Source of the DNA: Monocercomonoides exilis PA203
Lineage: Eukaryota; Protista; Preaxostyla
Assembly: GCA_001643675.2 (NCBI GenBank)
Contig: LSRY02000052.1
Location: 558,001-622,000, forward strand
Reading direction: 5' to 3'
DNA length: 64,000 nt
This document shows positions 58,011 to 64,000 of this stretch, in pieces (the first letter of the stretch is position 1; each line of letters opens with the position of its first letter). The position numbers and the translations under genes are program-made. Below the pieces are notes generated by a model. That model saw nothing but the letters and a program-made list of their open reading frames with translations, was not told the DNA's origin and did no database searches.

Positions 58011-59287
58011 TTTTGAAAAATAAGGAAAAAAAGAGGTCATTTTCTATTGAGAAAATTGATTTTTTTGTTTTATTTTTTTTGGAAAAAATACAATATTTTT
58101 CTTATGAAATATCTTTTTTACTACTTATCCCCTCTCATCTATTGATATAATTTTTATTAAAATCTAATATGTATTCCTCATGCTGTCATCATTTTTTATT
58201 TTTTTTAACTTTATATTTTTTTTTAATTTTTTATTTTTGATGAAAATTGGATAGAAGATATATGATATGATAATATTAATTGTGATGATATAATTGAAAG
58301 AATATTGTTAGTTGTGGTTGAATAATAATGAAAAAATAACATTCTGAAATATCAACAAAAATAAGATACTTTTTTGTTTGCTCAGAACCAACCATCAATA
58401 TCAGTATTCTTATATGTTATTATCATCTTTATTATATATATTATATTATATAAAATAACCAATTGAATTCAACTTTTCTTTGTGATGTTATTATTTTTTT
58501 AATTTTTTTTATTTTTGATATTATTTTTTTATCTCAACAACTGACTTTTTCTTTCTATTGAAAAAATTCAACAATAATGATATTATGATATTGTATATAA
58601 TATAATTTTTTAATGTTAATCTGTCCATCAAATTTGAAGATAAAAAAATAATTTCAATTTTTTGTTAAAAACAATAAGAAAATTATTTTTTTTATTTTTA
58701 CGGAACTTTCATTCCATCTCAATTTTTATATCAAATAAATAGTATTCATATAACACATCTCTATTATTTTTATTTTTAATATTAAAAGAAATCCTCTTGA
58801 GAAATAATTTTTTTAACCAAAATTTTCAATCTTAATTAATATTTTTCTTGTTATTCCATGAACAGATAAATTTGAAAATAATATTATGTATAGGTTATGA
58901 GGGGTGTGGAATGTGTTGGTGTATAGTGAGATTGGTAACAAACTGTTTTTGAGAAGTCGAATTCTTAACATAGAAAAATGGTTTTGATCTAGATCAAACT
59001 TTTTTTAAAAAAATTGATATTTTCATAAGAAGTAGGAATTAGTGGTTGATGAAAAGTTACGTATATGGGTAATAATATGAGGGGAATTGATTGGTGTGAA
59101 AATCAGAAATTAATTGATTCAAATTGTGGAATGATATGTTAAATAAAATTTTTTCAGTCAAAATTTACTTAATTATTTTTAAAATATCTCGATGAATAAA
59201 TTTTTCTAAGTTGTGAGACTTTACAGGAGTGTTAGTTGGACCAATTGTGAATTTTTGAAGTCAAGGTCAAAAATTCGAAAAATGCGA

Positions 59288-59350
59288 AATTTTTCATTTT
59301 TTCTGATTAAGTTGAATTTAGCTCAAGTTAGTCAGAAAAAATGAAAAATT
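59288..59350. repeat. 23-bp-arm inverted repeat
   Basis: AATTTTTCATTTTTTCTGATTAA / TTAGTCAGAAAAAATGAAAAATT, one T-G mismatch. Confidence 0.85.
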
Positions 59351-59949
59351 GGTGAAAATCGGTTTTTATGAAAGTTGTGATCGAAAGTTATGAAAACACA
59401 AAAAGTTCGGATAATTCACGAATAGTCCGCTGAATTTTTTTCTCGGGCCAGATTGGTCTGGTTAGTGAGAAAATGTGATATGAAGATTTTGACTGAAAAA
59501 GTGGTGATCTTAGATCAACGACCGAAAAATATGAGGTCTCAGATTCCTTTGATAATTGGCAGGTGGCAAGGACGTGGGCCCCTTATAAACATACTCGAAT
59601 CTAAATTTTTTCTACCGAGCGGTTGTGGCAGGGCAGTGCGGACAAGTTGGTCATTTTGACTGAAAAAATGAAAAAAATTTTTTTTCTCGAAAATTTCAAA
59701 GTCGATTTAAAATATGATTAAACACATGAATGTGAGTTGTAATGTTGTATATTGGTGATTTTTAATTGGATACACTTATCTGTAGTTTTTGAGTTATAAT
59801 CGAATTTTTGAGTGAAAAAGGTCATTTTTGAGGTAAATCGAGTATAACTCCAGAAGTAATGGCCAGATAATTTTGATATTAATGTATGATATATGTGCAT
59901 ATAGTTTGATAATAGCATGCATATGGGTGTTGGTGGCGGGTGTCTGGCA

Positions 59950-62900
59950 GGCTGTCCAGAAAAGAAATAAATTTTTTGACTTTGACTGGGGGTGCCTGGT
60001 TGGTGAAGTCACAGAGAGCGAACCAGGGGCAAGTGGCTGAATCGAAACACATATGACCGGCACAGTAACCCATGCCCGGATGTGGCCAAACGGCGTTACG
60101 ATCGGCCCAGTGGTTGCTGAGAAATTCCAGCGGCTAGTTGTTTTGAGTTCGGTTCTGATTTTTCACATAGAAAAATGACTTGGGGGTATTGACTTGGTGA
60201 TGCTGTGGAGTGTGAGAGGAGGGCAAGTGATCGGAGTTAGAGGGATATGTTGGGGAATGTTAGTAGATGTGAAATGTGGTGTAATTGCTAAGAGATTGGC
60301 CCAGTGGTTATTTCTGCACACATCAGTTAGTATATTTTTCCTTTAAAAATTGAATATTTTCTATGATAATTTTTCTATGTGATTTTGACTGCCCGACCTC
60401 GAAGTGCCATCTTTTTCGAAAAACTCACAGACTCAATTTGAGTTTGACTGAAAAAGGGGTTGAGTGGAGGATATCTGTGGAAGGGCTGATGGGCAGGGCT
60501 GGCAAAGGCCACAGGGCAAGTAGCGAGTAAGGCGGGCTATGGGCTGGGCCTATGGCTGGGCAGGCCCTGTGGCTTGGCCTGGCTCTATTCCACATATACT
60601 GTATTTCCCCAGTGAGAAAAAGTGAGTGAGGGTGGTGTGTTGGAAGGGTCGTGGAGCTTTACTGGTGAGAGCCAGAGCTCCAGAAACAAAAGTGACAGTG
60701 TGCGCACAGACTGTGGCTGCATGCTGGGCAGGGTGCTGCTGGGCGTCTCTGGATCCTTCTGGCTGGGTGGGTCAGACACTCACTTTTTTCACTGGAAAGA
60801 CTGACTGGAAAACCATCTTCATCGGGGTGTATCTTTTTATCGGTCATAACTTACAGCTTGGCTGATGTGGGCAGAGTGGGCGTGTGGGCAGTGGCTACAA
60901 GGCTGGGTGGTGGGAGTCTGGCTGGGCTGGCTGGCTGGGCTGTGGTATAAGAAAAAGAAGGTGAAAAATGACTGGGCCAGCCATTGAGGCACCCCATCTC
61001 TTTCAACGAACCTATCTCCTCAGGTGTTGGAGGGAGAGCTCCAGAAACAAAAGTGACGGTGTAGCGGGGGACCAGGGCTGTGCAGTGGGCGGGGTCTGGT
61101 TTGTGGGCTGTGGGCCGGGCCGGCTGGGTGGGCTGTGCACTGGGTTTTGTTCAGTCACTTTCATTGAAAAAACCTCAAATATGGAGAATGACCCCGGGTG
61201 CCCAGACAAGAAAATCCATCTTTTTCGAAAAACTCATAGACTCAACTTTACTACACTGAGGTTTCCTCGATTTTTGTGACTTTTGATACTAGAAATACAC
61301 TATGAAAATGGGGTGTCTGAAAAACCTGCTTTGATACTAAAAAAGGGGAAAATTACACTACGCCGAGGTTTTTGTGTCGTAGTGTAATAAGGATGATTTT
61401 GATACTAGAAATTTGAGCTCCTAGGAAAAGTGACTAAATTACACTACACTTCGAAAACCTCGGCGTAGTGTATTTCGAGGTTTTTGATACTAGAAAATTT
61501 TGTCTATGTAATTTCTCTATGAAAAATACACTGTGGACCTTTCATGTTCACAGACTCATAGCGCCTCAGGGGCAAGTCAGCGAAACTTCTCGTTGCCATA
61601 GAGGGTCTCGCTGCACACTCGCTCTACACAATGGTCGCAACCCTGAATCCATCCTATGTGATGCCCTGAAGTTACACACCAAATACTCATATCTTTCCTA
61701 TCAAAAACCCTTTCTCAATGATATTTTACACTATGGACCCTGTATATTCCATGGGTCATAGGGAACTACCTTTAAGAGCTGGAAAGTTCTTGATGCCATA
61801 GGGCAAGTAGCTATGCTCTTGGAGTATCCAATGGTAGTAATATCTTTGCCCTCGGTCCATATGCCTTTTCATTATACTCAATATACTGACATTCATATAT
61901 GATTTTTTCACTTTTTTCATAGGGTACCCATTGTGTTCCCACTGTCATATCTTTTTATCGGTCATAACTTACAGACATGCCAATGGTGCTGTGGGGTGGG
62001 CATGCCCTGCAGGTACATTGTGGCACACATTCGGCTGGTGGGCTGTGGCTCGGCTGAGGGCTGTGCCAGAAAAAGTGAGTCTTTTCCATTGACTTTTTGA
62101 GTGACTTGGACGCTCCTCATTGGCTGGCCTGTAGCGAATCACACAGGAATCTGGGAAAGTTCTCGATGCCATAGGGAAACTCGCTCCACACTTGCTCTAT
62201 CCATTGGTGCTATCGCCATTGCCACTGCTCAACTTCCCTTATATCTATGGTCGATATACTAGTATCCTTCCTATGAAAAACTCCTTTTCAATGAAATTTT
62301 ACACTAGGACCCCCTATGTTTGTTGGATCATAGCTCCACAGGGTTAAGAGCTGGAAAGTTCTAAATGCCATAGAGGGTCTAGCTGCACACTGTGCCTAGC
62401 CAATGGCAGTATCCCCATCTGGCTCCTATGTAATGCCACACCACTACACTCAATATACTACTATCTTTCATATGAAAAATACACTGACAAAATATTGACT
62501 GGGAACTCTTATGTTCCAGCCCTTGTAGTGCCTCAGGCTTGAGAGTGCGAGACTCGAAAATGTTATAGAGGGTCTAGCTATACTCTCCCTCTATCCAATG
62601 GTAGTGGTAGGATAACAACCTCTCTATTTGCTTTGGAGCCATAGGCAAAATACATGAACTTTTCATAGAAAAAGTGACAGACCTCCCCTGTGTTCCCGCT
62701 CTCATATCTTTTTACTGGTCATAACTTACAGCCAATCTGATATCACTGCAATGTGCCTACACACTGTGCCTACAATATGGCACACATCCAGTGTCTATGC
62801 CCTGCCTGTGTATTCCACTACAGCCATTACACTCACTTTTCATAGGGAAAGTTGACTCAGACCCCCTTATGTTCCAGCCCTTGTAGCTTGCCAGGCTTAA

Positions 62901-63540
62901 GAGCTGGAAGGCTGGAACAAAAAACCAGATGAAAGGCAGTGAGGGCATACACAAGGTGGTGTGGTAGTGGCAAGGCTTTGGTGTGTCCCCATCCCAAGAA
63001 ACACTATGGAAGGATACTAAAAATTTAAACCTAGTTTGAACCTAGTATCATTTTTGGGGATTTTCACTAGGCCGAGGTTTTCGCGACGTAGTGTATTTGG
63101 GGCACTTTTGATACTAGCCGATATTTTCTAGTATCAGTATACTCTTTATTACACTACGCCGAGGTTTTGGTGGCGTAGTGTAATTTTGAGATTTTTTAGT
63201 ATCAAAGCAGGTTTTTCGATGACCTCGTTTTTGTAGTGTAATTGTAGTATGAAAAAAGGAAAAAAACGCGAAAACCCGGGCGTAGTGTAATTGAGTGTAT
63301 GAGTTTTTTGGAAAAGATGGTGTTTGTAGTGCGGGCTATCGGGGATTTTTACGGAAGTATACTTAGGGGGACACCCCCCGAAAAAATTTTTTTTCTGACT
63401 TCATTTTTTTTCGACAAAAGTTGTCTGGTGAGGATAGTCTGAGCCAGGGCTTATGTGATATGGGGTTAGTATAGAAGTGTGACTTGTATATGAAACTCCA
63501 TAGGAAAAAAAGTGGATTTTGAATGAAAAATTTATATAGG
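59950..63540. repeat. Complex diverged satellite-like array (~195-200-bp units with higher-order recurrences)
   Basis: GGCCCAGTGGTT 194 bp apart (~60104, ~60298); GCCATAG-type motif at ~61596, 61797, 62169, 62368, 62563; ATCTTTTTATCGGTCATAACTTACAG at 60831, 61949 and a variant at 62706; AGAGCTCCAGAAACAAAAGTGAC at 60674 and 61035. Confidence 0.75.
61186..63350. repeat. Pair of ~310-bp diverged inverted arms (61186-61495 / 63040-63350) made of ATTACACTACGCC palindromes and TTTTGATACTAG boxes
   Basis: Colinear reverse-complement similarity, e.g. GAAAAACCTGCTTTGATACTAAAAAA at ~61319 vs TTTTTTAGTATCAAAGCAGGTTTTTC at ~63192. Confidence 0.85.
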
Positions 63541-64000
63541 GGGCTGTCTATTAGACTGAGGGATTGTGTAATAGTGGTCTATTGTATATATATGTATATA
63601 GTATTATGTCATATGTATAGCAAATAGGTGAGTAGGCTTGTATGTTAAGGAAGATAGTATATGGTATTTGAATGGGAATAATATGTATATGTCTCTTTGA
63701 ATGAAATACCTTGCATGATTATACAGAAACTCACTGAGTGAAGTATAAATGAAGGTGGTTCAAAAAGAGTGGGTTTGTTGGTTCTGATAAGAATGAAAAG
63801 CAACATGTGATTGTATATAAGGGCATCACAATACATGTTTTATGAAAACATCTTCTGGTAGCAATGGCTGATCAGATGGGTCGAATAATAAAGTGAGTTG
63901 TTTGAATCTTTGAGTCTGATGTGTAATAATGTTGGATGAAGAGGTTTGGATGACTCTAATAAAATCGATGTGTCTGAGAAGTTGTTGTGAGAGAGTGCTA

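Noticed and set aside
57895-58050. U3 snoRNA, tRNA or hammerhead ribozyme
   Set aside because: Box A-like word lies downstream instead of 5'; no T-loop/cloverleaf; no CUGANGA/GAAA core on either strand.
61246-63290. CRISPR-like array of 37-bp palindromic repeats
   Set aside because: Few, degenerate, mixed-orientation repeats with non-unique intervening DNA; no cas genes; eukaryotic context.
59453-63836. Short ORFs in the repeat domain
   Set aside because: 60-103 codons, overlapping on both strands, no motifs or exon structure.

Overview
AT-rich, intron-rich eukaryotic protist DNA using the standard code (TAA/TGA end conserved genes). Poly-Ser proteins, GTTTG-type intron donors and a repeated lineage-specific gene family suggest an oxymonad such as Monocercomonoides (inference only). 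Four zones: (1) 1-11.5 kb genes: partial ORF, a GGAI-repeat type I membrane protein, a BORCS5-like gene, and CCT-beta head-to-head with gamma-tubulin. (2) 12-29.4 kb DNA-transposon island: a possible TIR-bounded element carrying a truncated surface-protein gene, a 1.9-kb foldback element with ~690-bp TIRs, and a 10.3-kb TA-flanked palindrome of two near-identical inverted dead pogo-like (DD35) transposons enclosing a third pogo-like element, with nested MITEs. (3) 30-55 kb dense housekeeping genes, mostly in divergent pairs: CXorf58-like, RPL17, LRRC61-like, U1A/U2B''-like, chorein-N BLTP3-like, CCDC138-like, C1D-like, Vps60-like, plus a pseudogene. (4) 57.6-64 kb gene-free, highly structured DNA: GC-rich hairpins, diverged ~195-200-bp repeats, and two ~310-bp inverted arms built from 37-bp lox-like palindromes (13+11+13), one with its spacer flipped between arms. 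Homology calls come from motif recognition, not database searches.
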